Below, piece after piece: positions 9,492 through 18,264 of a stretch of DNA of 32,000 bases. The stretch's first letter is position 1; every line of letters begins with the position of its first letter. The position numbers were made by a program, and so were the translations under genes. The DNA lies in the NCBI RefSeq assembly GCF_049243625.1, contig NZ_CP046975.1. The stretch is one strand, 5' to 3'. A model generated the notes under the pieces. The model had not been told where the DNA came from and did not search any database. It saw nothing but the letters and a program-made list of their open reading frames with translations. Source of the stretch: Corynebacterium amycolatum. GTDB lineage: Bacteria > Actinomycetota > Actinomycetes > Mycobacteriales > Mycobacteriaceae.

Positions 9492-10736
9492 ATGACAACC
9501 ACTTTGCGACGCAGCTTCAGCCATCCCTTCCAGGGATTCCATGTCTACTCCGCACTGTCGGCTGGCATCTGGATTGTGGTTTTACCCTTCGTCTTCTTCG
9601 GTTTCGGCGCCGAAAAGGTCGCTCAGATAACTGCGCTGATTGTCAGCTTTGCGCTGGTGTACATCTTCATCTGGGGCTCACTTCACTACTATCCTCGCGG
9701 CTGGTTGCAACGAGCTCGCAACATACTTGCCCTGTGCATAGTCGCAGCGTTCGGCCTGCTCTCCATCCCGCTTGTGGGAAACGGCGCCAGCGCATTCCTG
9801 CCATTTGTCGCAGCATTGCTCAGTTGGATGCTGCCCATCATCCCCGCCATCCTCAGCATTGGCGTGCTCGGCGCAACAATCGTTACCATTAGTCATTTCT
9901 TGGCTCCGGAAAGCGGTCTCATCTTACCCATCGATGCCCTGTTTTGGGCCGTCGTTGTCTGCTGCGTTGTTCAACTCAGCAGGTTCTCCCAGGAACGAGC
10001 CCAGCTCAACCAGGAAATTGAGCTCAGCCAGCAGCGCGACTCCATCGCCCGCGATGTCCACGACGTGCTGGGCCATTCGCTGACGGTCATCTCGCTCAAA
10101 TCTGAAGTCGCGCGGCGTTTGGTCCACACCAACCCCGATGCCGCCGCTGCCGAACTCGAGGCCATCACCGCTCTGTCGCGCACATCGCTTGCCGAAGTCC
10201 GCTCAACAGTCACACGCATGCGCCAGCCGGATCTCGCAGGCGAGCTCGCCGCCGCCGCGCGGGCATTCCACACCGCACACATTGAGGCTTCGCTTCCCGA
10301 CGATTCCAGCGGTGTAACCACCAATGCGAAACTCTTCTCCTGGGTGATTCGCGAGGCCACCACCAATATCATTCGGCATTCTGAGGCGGAGAATGTCTCA
10401 ATCGAACTCACACCATCCAGCGTGGAAATCATCGACGATGGCATCGGCTTCGACATTTCCGACCTAGGCTGCGATTCCTCCGCGGCTACCACGGGCGAAG
10501 GCCAAACTGTCGCCGCTGGTGGATTGGCTGGGCTGAAGCAGCGTGTCCAGGATGCTGGCGGTGACCTCATTATCGAGTCCGCACCAGGTCGCGGCACTCG
10601 CCTTGTGGCCACGATGACGCAGTCACGCTTGCAGCGCTCGCACCGCTCCCACCACGCGGGCCGTTCATCCACCACAAGCTCCAAAAACCACCTCACTGAC
10701 ACAACCGTCACCGAATATGCGCGGGAGAATAGATGA
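9492..10736 (+). CDS. Sensor histidine kinase (HisKA_3 / DesK-LiaS type)
   Basis: Polytopic N-terminus, H-box DVHDVLGHSLTVISLK, and HATPase region (TNIIRHS ... DDGIGF ... GLAGLKQRV). The stop overlaps the response-regulator start by 4 nt (ATGA). Confidence 0.85.
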   Translation: MTTTLRRSFSHPFQGFHVYSALSAGIWIVVLPFVFFGFGAEKVAQITALIVSFALVYIFIWGSLHYYPRGWLQRARNILALCIVAAFGLLSIPLVGNGASAFLPFVAALLSWMLPIIPAILSIGVLGATIVTISHFLAPESGLILPIDALFWAVVVCCVVQLSRFSQERAQLNQEIELSQQRDSIARDVHDVLGHSLTVISLKSEVARRLVHTNPDAAAAELEAITALSRTSLAEVRSTVTRMRQPDLAGELAAAARAFHTAHIEASLPDDSSGVTTNAKLFSWVIREATTNIIRHSEAENVSIELTPSSVEIIDDGIGFDISDLGCDSSAATTGEGQTVAAGGLAGLKQRVQDAGGDLIIESAPGRGTRLVATMTQSRLQRSHRSHHAGRSSTTSSKNHLTDTTVTEYARENR

Positions 10737-11329
10737 TTCGCGTTCTCATAGCTGATGATCAGCACCTAGTTCGAGGGGCTTTAAAGGCTCTACTGGAAAC
10801 CGAACCGGACTTGGACATCGTGGCTGAAGCCGCCGACGGCATTGAAACAACGCAAAAAGTCATCGAGCAGGACGTCGATGTCGCGCTTATTGACATCGAA
10901 ATGCCGCGCCTCAACGGCATTGACACCATCGCGAAAATTTCTGACCACTGCCGCTGCCTCGTCGTCACTACTTTTGCTCGCCCCGGCTACCTCAAACGCG
11001 CACTTCAGGCCGGTGCCAGCGGATTCCTGGCAAAGGACACGCCTCCTGAGCAGCTCGCAGAAGCTATTCGACGCATCCACTCCGACCTCCGAGTCATCGA
11101 TCCGGCCTTGGCCGAGGCCTCACTTTTCACGGCCGACTCTCCCCTGACCGACCGCGAAGTCGAGATCGCTCGACTGATTCTCCAAGGCGCTGATACGGGC
11201 ACAATCGCCGGCCAGCTCTTCATTGCCAAGGGCACGGTGCGCAATCAGGTGTCGTCAATTATCACGAAGACGAATACCTCAAACCGCGTCGAGGCCGCGA
11301 AAACTGCTCGCGACAATGGTTGGCTCTAG
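10733..11329 (+). CDS. LuxR/NarL family response regulator
   Basis: Receiver domain (IRVLIADDQ ... DVALIDIEMP) plus a C-terminal LuxR helix-turn-helix (LTDREVEIARLILQGADTGTIAGQLFIAKGTVRNQVSSI). Confidence 0.9.
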   Translation: MIRVLIADDQHLVRGALKALLETEPDLDIVAEAADGIETTQKVIEQDVDVALIDIEMPRLNGIDTIAKISDHCRCLVVTTFARPGYLKRALQAGASGFLAKDTPPEQLAEAIRRIHSDLRVIDPALAEASLFTADSPLTDREVEIARLILQGADTGTIAGQLFIAKGTVRNQVSSIITKTNTSNRVEAAKTARDNGWL

Positions 11330-11409
11330 AAAACAGGTCGAAATACCGCCCTGATTTTCATCGAATCGTTATTACTTTCATAGTGCGAAAACTCCCTACT
11401 GCCCACTGC

Positions 11410-12117
11410 GTGACGCCTACGAACACCCACCACACCTTTGCTTCACGACGTGCACTCATCGCCGGTATCCTCGCCACAACCGCATTGACCTTCACCGCCT
11501 GCTCTCAAAACGACGGCGCAGTAACTAGCCAATCGGCAGCTGACACCGCCACCATGACTCAGACTGACGGCAACGCATCAAACGCAAACTCAGAGAATAG
11601 GCCGAACCCAACCGGCTCAAACTCTGATGCTGGCGGCAGCAATAACGGTGGCGCTGCCGGAAACTCCGACGACACCTCCGACGATGCAAATTCTTCCGAG
11701 ACGGCCCCATCACAAAATGGTGGACAAACCAATGGGGATACGGAAACCACGTCTTCGTCGTCAAGCGAAAATGCAGACATCGGCCAGGCGATGAGGGACA
11801 TCATCTACAGCAACTCGTCGCCGGGGACCACGTTTACCGGGGGCGAGGAGATGACTGTTTGCGTGTATGGCGATGGTTACCGCACGAATCTGGTCGTTGC
11901 CGGGCCGAATACCAGCTGTGAGTTTGCCACCGAGGTCTTCCATCAGCAGACCGACGGTCTCAACGCCACCGCTGATAACATTCGCGATAATTTGAAGCCG
12001 AATATTCAGGCAACGAGCCCTGCGACCGGCCAGACCTACGATGTCAGCTGCGGCACGCAGGGCGATGGTGTCGTGGCGTGCAGCGGCGGAAACGACGCAC
12101 GGATTTATATCAATTAG
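11410..12117 (+). CDS. Putative secreted lipoprotein with a low-complexity S/N/G/D/T-rich linker
   Basis: The only plausible signal is ...ASRRALIAGILATTALTFTAC (twin-arginine-like RR plus a lipobox Cys). There is no ATG ahead of it, so the GTG at 11410 is proposed as start (the ORF-track ATG at 11320 overlaps the response-regulator gene). The C-terminal domain has 4 Cys. Confidence 0.55.
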   Translation: MTPTNTHHTFASRRALIAGILATTALTFTACSQNDGAVTSQSAADTATMTQTDGNASNANSENRPNPTGSNSDAGGSNNGGAAGNSDDTSDDANSSETAPSQNGGQTNGDTETTSSSSSENADIGQAMRDIIYSNSSPGTTFTGGEEMTVCVYGDGYRTNLVVAGPNTSCEFATEVFHQQTDGLNATADNIRDNLKPNIQATSPATGQTYDVSCGTQGDGVVACSGGNDARIYIN

Positions 12118-14710
12118 CGTTGATTGCCATTTCGGGAGCAGGCATTTCGTCTTCACTCGTTGACAGCGCAATTGCTGAATACTGCCCTGGCCGATTGATC
12201 AGTTTCGACAGACTTGCGGTAATGGCAGGCAACGATTTCACATCGGTGTAGGTCAAGTACCGAGACTTCCATACAGGCTTGAACTTCTCCTTGTAATTGC
12301 GCAGCCCGCGGAAGTTATAAATCCGTCCGCCGTAGTTGTACACCAAATAGATCGTTTTTTCGCTGAGCCTAGAATGCGGTCGGGCACCTGTGTTTGACAT
12401 TGGTGCCATGCCAAAATTGAACTCGGTATATCCATGGTTCTTTGCCCACTCCATCAGATTCACGAAAATGCCATCCATCACGCCATCTGGCGCATCGGGG
12501 CGAATGCGCATCAAATCCACCGACGCAACGCTTAACCCCTGCGGCATTAGCGATGCGAACCCTTCAATACGATCTGAGTCTGCCGATCGGACTATGGCAA
12601 TCGGTGCACGAGATAGATAATTCTCGTCGAAGAAGCCGAGAGAAAAACTCATTTCTGTGCGCTTTCCGAGCCACGCCTGCGATGCATCTCGCAATTCCGT
12701 AATGAGGTCTGGACTGTACGGTGCTTCGACAATTTCAAAAGTACAAGCGGAGCTTTCCAACTTGTTGTGCATGCGCCGGAAGGTCTTGCCCTTACTACCG
12801 ACTCTCGTGAAGCCAGAAATATCAACCGTCGCATCTTCACCTAATTTGACCAGGCTCATCCCCTCATTGACGCACCGCGCCAAATGCTCTTCGCCCACTT
12901 CATAGAATGCGACGGAACACTGAAAGGTGTCTGCATAATCAATAAAGTCCGCGAATAATTGATTGAAAGAATCCGGGTCGCCAAATGGGTCACCGAGTGC
13001 AATCAATGTCGTACCCTGCGGGCGATACAACAGTGCTGCTCTATCCGCACCATTTCGCTTATCGACGGTAAAGAAGACCTGCTTGTCGCCTAGGTAATAT
13101 AGGTGCGAGAAAGCATTTCCACCCCATTTTGCAATCAGCTTCTCGAAACGACGTGTCTGCTCTTCGCATGGCTCCTCAAACTCTGGAGCGCGGCAACGAG
13201 AAAACAATACCGCAATTGCCACTGCGCAGGCGAGCATTACGTAGAAAAGAATCATTGGCCAGTGGGTATTGGCATGATGGGATGGTGCGGGTACATTGAC
13301 CACCTTGTTTACCCGAAGCGCATGCCAACTCGAAAGCACGATTGGAATAGCAATCGCCAGAGCTGCCGTCGGCACGAAACTACTCCACTTTAATGGGAGT
13401 GGATCTCGGTCAAAGGCACTGCGCGATGCAAATAGTGCTAGTGCAAAGACCCCGAGATAAATAGCCTCTTCATAGTCGATTCCGCGGGCTAAACAAGCAA
13501 CAGCTGCCACACCGAGCAAGACCAAGACCAGCTGGTAACAACGCCTAACTCGCTGGTTAATCCCGCGCGCCAAGATAAGCAACATGACTGCGGTAAATAA
13601 CACTGTCAAGTGCGATGCCTTCCGCACAGTACTTGGCAAAACCTCTTGGATGATTTGAATACGAGAGGCGATTTCAGGTGTTAGCGCTGAGATAAAGAGC
13701 AGGAGGCTAGAAAAAACGGTTACTAAAGCCAGCACCCGCGCCATGACACGGTGCGGAAAATCGGACTCGAGTTCTTTCACGCTGTCGGCGACCCACACGA
13801 CCGTGGCCAACAGCCACGGAACGATGTAATAGAAAACGCGATACAGTACCAGCCCAAGCAAAACTTGATTAGTGTCGAGGCCAAGTTTGGCGCACAGTGC
13901 AATCACCGTGAGGTCGAAGCTACCGGCACCCGCGGGCAGGAAAGATAGCAATCCGGCCAAAGTCGCGGTTGCAAAAATAAAGATAGCAATTGGGAATGAG
14001 AAATCCAGTGTGAAGACACGAACACATGCCCAGAAAAATAGCCCAGCTGCGGCCCAATCGATAACAGAGGCGCCGAGAAGATTCCACTTTTCGCGCATTC
14101 CTATCTGCGCAAACCTCGTTTTTCTTAAATCGATCACCCCAAGTTTCAATCTGTCCGCCAAGAAAAACAGCGGTAGATACATACATGAGATTATCGCGAC
14201 GATAATTAACCAGCCATCGAAATGCACTGCGTACGGCAAAGTTATTGCCAACAGTACGAATAATCCAAGTAGGTTGGCAGCCCACACACTGGCCGAAACT
14301 CCAATGGACTTATCTCGGTCCGCACCCGCCCAGGTATAGTATTTTGCGCGAATTGTGCCTCCGGTGAGACCGCCAAATCCGGCAAAATTATTAAAGGCCT
14401 GCGCAATCCAACCGATTTTCAACGCTTCGCGCGGTGACACCTCCACACCGGCGTATTTGGAAGCGACCAAATCGTAGAGCCCCGTCGCGCTGAACGCAAT
14501 CAGTCCCAATGCCATGATGATTGCATTTAGGTGCATCGACGTATCAACAAATATTTCTCGAAGTTGGCTTCCTGAAATAGCGGCAAACTGGTCACGAGCG
14601 ACAAGCACGATAATGGAGATTATCACAATATAGAAAACAATCTTTAAGATTTTTCCGTGCGCCTTAAGCCACTGAAATAACGATTGTAGCGCCATATCCT
14701 TGAAATCCAA
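12110..14710 (-). CDS. mprF: MprF-type bifunctional aminoacyl-phosphatidylglycerol synthase/flippase
   Basis: 866 aa. About 14 predicted TM segments, followed by a C-terminal DUF2156 / LPG-synthase-like domain (FSHLYYLGDKQVFF ... ALLYRPQGTTLIALGDPFG ... FNFGMAP). AT-richer than the core genes. Confidence 0.85.
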   Translation of the reverse strand: MDFKDMALQSLFQWLKAHGKILKIVFYIVIISIIVLVARDQFAAISGSQLREIFVDTSMHLNAIIMALGLIAFSATGLYDLVASKYAGVEVSPREALKIGWIAQAFNNFAGFGGLTGGTIRAKYYTWAGADRDKSIGVSASVWAANLLGLFVLLAITLPYAVHFDGWLIIVAIISCMYLPLFFLADRLKLGVIDLRKTRFAQIGMREKWNLLGASVIDWAAAGLFFWACVRVFTLDFSFPIAIFIFATATLAGLLSFLPAGAGSFDLTVIALCAKLGLDTNQVLLGLVLYRVFYYIVPWLLATVVWVADSVKELESDFPHRVMARVLALVTVFSSLLLFISALTPEIASRIQIIQEVLPSTVRKASHLTVLFTAVMLLILARGINQRVRRCYQLVLVLLGVAAVACLARGIDYEEAIYLGVFALALFASRSAFDRDPLPLKWSSFVPTAALAIAIPIVLSSWHALRVNKVVNVPAPSHHANTHWPMILFYVMLACAVAIAVLFSRCRAPEFEEPCEEQTRRFEKLIAKWGGNAFSHLYYLGDKQVFFTVDKRNGADRAALLYRPQGTTLIALGDPFGDPDSFNQLFADFIDYADTFQCSVAFYEVGEEHLARCVNEGMSLVKLGEDATVDISGFTRVGSKGKTFRRMHNKLESSACTFEIVEAPYSPDLITELRDASQAWLGKRTEMSFSLGFFDENYLSRAPIAIVRSADSDRIEGFASLMPQGLSVASVDLMRIRPDAPDGVMDGIFVNLMEWAKNHGYTEFNFGMAPMSNTGARPHSRLSEKTIYLVYNYGGRIYNFRGLRNYKEKFKPVWKSRYLTYTDVKSLPAITASLSKLINRPGQYSAIALSTSEDEMPAPEMAINAN

Positions 14711-14789
14711 TCTTTTATCTCGAAGTTGATCTAAACAGACAGCCCACTTTTAATGGCGTATTGGGAAACATATTTAGTAGTCTTGCGAC

Positions 14790-16175
14790 TTAGTGGCTCG
14801 GCGTCCGAATAAGATTCATTTTCGCCGCGAGCCAGGGAAGCTCGTCGTCAAGCGACTTCTCCCACACCTTCCATTCGTGCGTTCCAGAATAGGTGCGCTC
14901 CTGTACGTCCATTCCCTGGCTATGCCCGGCTCGGCAGACCTTCCAGAGCCCTTCGATGACGTCTCTAGGTTCCTTATCGCCAATGGAACAAAATGCGGAA
15001 TACCCGGTGAAATCCTCCCCCGAGGAAAAAATCGAAAGTGGATTGTTTTCCTCAAATGCGGCCTTGTCACCGCCAAATCCCTTGTCGATAGTCGTCTCAA
15101 GGTTGTGCAGATTTGGAAACTCCTCACCCGACATGTCCAAAACGGTGCGGTACGGCCCACCTTTACGGCTGAGAACCTGCATTGCGCAGGTACCTCCATT
15201 GGACAATCCGCCAACAGCCCACGATTGCGGTCGAGTGTCTACTTGGAAGTGTTCCTCTAGCCACGCCGGTACGTCATGTTCCAGATAGGTTGCGACCGCC
15301 CCATTTTCAGTATCGGAGCAGAGCGGGTTCTTGAAGCTCGAAGAAAGCTGATCAGCAATCGCCACAATCGGCGCCAATCCATTGTGTTGCTCAGCAAAGC
15401 GGTCCATAGTGTTTTTTAGGTCACCGTTTACCAACCAATCCTTAGGCGTACCCGGCTGTCCTGGCATTAGCACAAGCACAGGCAGCAGCGGACGCGGTCG
15501 AGTAAAATATGCCGGAGGAAGGTAGACGATGGAGGGGCGCGGAGAGAAGTTAGTAGCAGGGATATCGGCTTGAACGAGAACGCTACTATCAGTACCTATA
15601 TTTTCGGCTTGGCGTGGCCGCCACCGTTGTTCCAAGGATGTTTGTTTTGCCGACTCACTGTCACCGGGACGATAAACATCCGCGACCGGCGCGAGCCCAT
15701 CTACCTCGCCAAAAGCCTGCACTTTGCCTGGTCCGCGTAGCACCTGGGCCAAGTTTGCATACGTGCCATAGTGAATATTGGGAACGGCATAGGCGCCGAG
15801 TACTGATAGTGAGCAGACGAGAAGACCCGCAATGATGCGCCTAGGCTTCTTGGAAGACGCAATTACAACTAGAGCAACGATGCCGGACAAGCCAGATGCG
15901 AATGGTCCGAAAACTTCAATACCGATGTAGTCCGGGATCGGTCGCCACACCTTATTAAGCACATACCAGCCGATGGTGCTCACCACAGAGACAGCCACTA
16001 CAATCGCGCAAACTTGAATTAGTCCCGATTTTCTAGAGCTGTTCCCCTTTGCAACCAGCCAAAGGAGAAACCCGAGAGTCAGCAGCATTAGTATAACTGC
16101 GATAATTTCTGGAACTCTGCCACGCAGCTGTACCAATTTGGCAGCCTCAAGGGCGTACCACGACCAATCTTGCAT
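14790..16175 (-). CDS. Membrane-anchored alpha/beta-hydrolase (esterase D / putative esterase family)
   Basis: 461 aa. About 4 N-terminal TM segments, LPVLVLMPGQPGTPKDW, and a nucleophile elbow GGLSNGG (G-x-S-x-G). It lies directly upstream of mprF on the same strand (79-nt gap). Confidence 0.75.
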   Translation of the reverse strand: MQDWSWYALEAAKLVQLRGRVPEIIAVILMLLTLGFLLWLVAKGNSSRKSGLIQVCAIVVAVSVVSTIGWYVLNKVWRPIPDYIGIEVFGPFASGLSGIVALVVIASSKKPRRIIAGLLVCSLSVLGAYAVPNIHYGTYANLAQVLRGPGKVQAFGEVDGLAPVADVYRPGDSESAKQTSLEQRWRPRQAENIGTDSSVLVQADIPATNFSPRPSIVYLPPAYFTRPRPLLPVLVLMPGQPGTPKDWLVNGDLKNTMDRFAEQHNGLAPIVAIADQLSSSFKNPLCSDTENGAVATYLEHDVPAWLEEHFQVDTRPQSWAVGGLSNGGTCAMQVLSRKGGPYRTVLDMSGEEFPNLHNLETTIDKGFGGDKAAFEENNPLSIFSSGEDFTGYSAFCSIGDKEPRDVIEGLWKVCRAGHSQGMDVQERTYSGTHEWKVWEKSLDDELPWLAAKMNLIRTPSH

Positions 16176-16368
16176 GCGGTAAAGACTATTTTTTAAAAGG
16201 AAGAGAATGCACAGAATATCTGAAGCTCTTGTCTAGAATTGTCGCTTCGATTTGTAGCGCTCAGAGATGGCACGCCAAAGCTGGTGTACACAGCTTCGCG
16301 GACTGACGACCATCACATCCTGCAGCTTCATGCTTCGAACTCATGAGATTCCACCTACAGTAAATACC

Positions 16369-17559
16369 ATGACCGTTTCCCGCTTGCGCCCTTTCGGCGA
16401 GACCATTTTCGCCACCATGTCCCGCCTCGCCACTGAGTACGATGCAATCAATCTTGGGCAGGGCTTCCCCGATTGGGACGGGCCGGCGGAGGTACTCGCT
16501 GAGGCGCAGCATCAGATAGCTGGCGGAAATAACCAGTACGGACCCGGCCGCGGTATGAAGGTGCTCCGCGAGGCCATCGTCGCCGATCGCGCCCGCCGCA
16601 CGGGACAGGTCTACGATGCCGACACTGAATGCCTGGTCACCGTCGGCGCCACGGAAGCGATTGCCGCCACCGCCTTGGGGCATCTCGAACCCGGCAGCCA
16701 CGTCATCGTCATCGAGCCGTACTACGACTCGTACAAAGCCGCCATCGCACTGGCTAACTGCACATATACCGCGGTGCCGCTCATTCCCACGGCCTCGGAC
16801 ACCGAACGCTTCTGGTCGCTCGACCGCAGTGCACTTGCCGATGCCGTCACCGCCGAAACGGCCATGATCATCATCAATTCGCCGCACAATCCCACCGGCA
16901 CCATCCTCACAAACGAGGACTTGCAGGCTATCGCCGATGTCGCCATCGCAAACAATCTGCTTGTGCTTGCCGACGAAGTCTACGAACGCCTGTACTTCAA
17001 CGGATTGTCACACTCTTCCATCAGCACTCTGCCGGGCATGCGTGAGCGCACCATTGTCGTGTCCAGCGCCGCAAAGACCTTCAACGTCACCGGCTGGAAG
17101 ATTGGCTGGACGCTCGCTCCGGCCGAGTTGCTCGATGGCGTGGTCAAGGCCAAGCAGTTCTTGAGCTACGTCGGTGCTACTCCCCTCCAGCCGGCGGTCG
17201 CCCGTGGCCTGAAAGAATGTGCTCCATGGGTGGATGAGCTAGCGAGCCAACTCGAAGGCAACATGCGGCTCCTCGCCGATGGGCTGGAGGGCCTTGGCGC
17301 CGACGTCTTCACGCCGCAGGCAGGGTATTTTGTCGTCGCCGATGTCTCGAGCTGGGGGCATGGAGACGCACTGGAGACCTGCACCCGCCTAGTCAAGGAA
17401 TGCCGAGTCGCAGCTATCCCCGTCACCGCCTTTGTGGATGACCCGGAGTCAGAAAAATACCGCTACCTGGTGCGATTCGCTTTCTGCAAGCGCGCCGAGG
17501 TGATTGAGGAGGCGATCGCGCGGCTGCGGGATTATCTTGCCGGTCGGTCTTCCTCCTAG
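16369..17559 (+). CDS. Class I/II pyridoxal-phosphate aminotransferase (YbdL / kynurenine-aminotransferase-like)
   Basis: INLGQGFPDWDGP, NSPHNPTG, and the SSAAKTF PLP-lysine motif. The ATG at 16369 (MTVSRLRPFGETIF) is preferred over the ORF-track start at 16267. Confidence 0.85.
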   Translation: MTVSRLRPFGETIFATMSRLATEYDAINLGQGFPDWDGPAEVLAEAQHQIAGGNNQYGPGRGMKVLREAIVADRARRTGQVYDADTECLVTVGATEAIAATALGHLEPGSHVIVIEPYYDSYKAAIALANCTYTAVPLIPTASDTERFWSLDRSALADAVTAETAMIIINSPHNPTGTILTNEDLQAIADVAIANNLLVLADEVYERLYFNGLSHSSISTLPGMRERTIVVSSAAKTFNVTGWKIGWTLAPAELLDGVVKAKQFLSYVGATPLQPAVARGLKECAPWVDELASQLEGNMRLLADGLEGLGADVFTPQAGYFVVADVSSWGHGDALETCTRLVKECRVAAIPVTAFVDDPESEKYRYLVRFAFCKRAEVIEEAIARLRDYLAGRSSS

Positions 17560-17610
17560 ATGGGCTTCCGCTGGTCAGTCTGCTTGCGGAACTGTTTACT
17601 GGTCGGACTG

Positions 17611-18231
17611 CTATTGCCCGGCCTGTAGCTGACGAATCTGGTTCAGCGGCTGAATAATCCGCTCCCAAATCCGGTCGACCTGGCGCACGAGATCCTCCTC
17701 GGTACCTGAGTTTTCCAGCACCACATCGGCGAACTGCAAACGCTTATCGTCGCTGATTTGCTTAGCGATGCGCTGCTTCGCATCCTCTCGGTCTACACCG
17801 CGGCTTTCCACCAGACGGTCGAGACGGACCTCCACCGGGGTATGCACAACCACGACGAGGTCCTGCACTTCCGACTGCCCCATTTCAATTAGCAGCGGCG
17901 AGTCGAACACGATGATGGCGTCACCTGCCGCGTTGAACTGCTCTTCGGTGCGCTGCTCAATACGCGGGTGAGTGATGGAGTTCAGCAGCTCCGTCTTCTC
18001 CGCGGATACGAAGGCCCGCTTCGCAAGCTCGCCGCGGTTGAGGGAGCCGTCGTCAAGCAAAATGCCCTCGCCGAAAGCTTCGGCGAGTTCGGCCAGCGCC
18101 GGTTCGCCGGGTTCGACGACGTCACGAGCAATCTGATCAGCGTCGATGATGGCGGCACCGAGCTCGGCAAACCTACGGGCGACCGTAGATTTTCCACTGC
18201 CCATGCCACCGGTTAGTCCTACTTTGAGCAT
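17611..18231 (-). CDS. coaE: Dephospho-CoA kinase
   Basis: MLKVGLTGGMGSGKST P-loop; family-typical length and motifs (ITHPRI). Confidence 0.93.
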   Translation of the reverse strand: MLKVGLTGGMGSGKSTVARRFAELGAAIIDADQIARDVVEPGEPALAELAEAFGEGILLDDGSLNRGELAKRAFVSAEKTELLNSITHPRIEQRTEEQFNAAGDAIIVFDSPLLIEMGQSEVQDLVVVVHTPVEVRLDRLVESRGVDREDAKQRIAKQISDDKRLQFADVVLENSGTEEDLVRQVDRIWERIIQPLNQIRQLQAGQ

Positions 18232-18264
18232 GTCTCTAAGGGTACGTCGACACGCCCCGGCACG

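Noticed and set aside
9971-10765. 264-aa ORF on the - strand
   Set aside because: It is antisense to the histidine kinase gene. The Ser/Ala/Arg-rich shadow-frame composition gives no support.
16261-16887. 208-aa ORF on the - strand
   Set aside because: It is antisense to the aminotransferase gene and its upstream region. There is no RBS or motif, so it is a shadow ORF.
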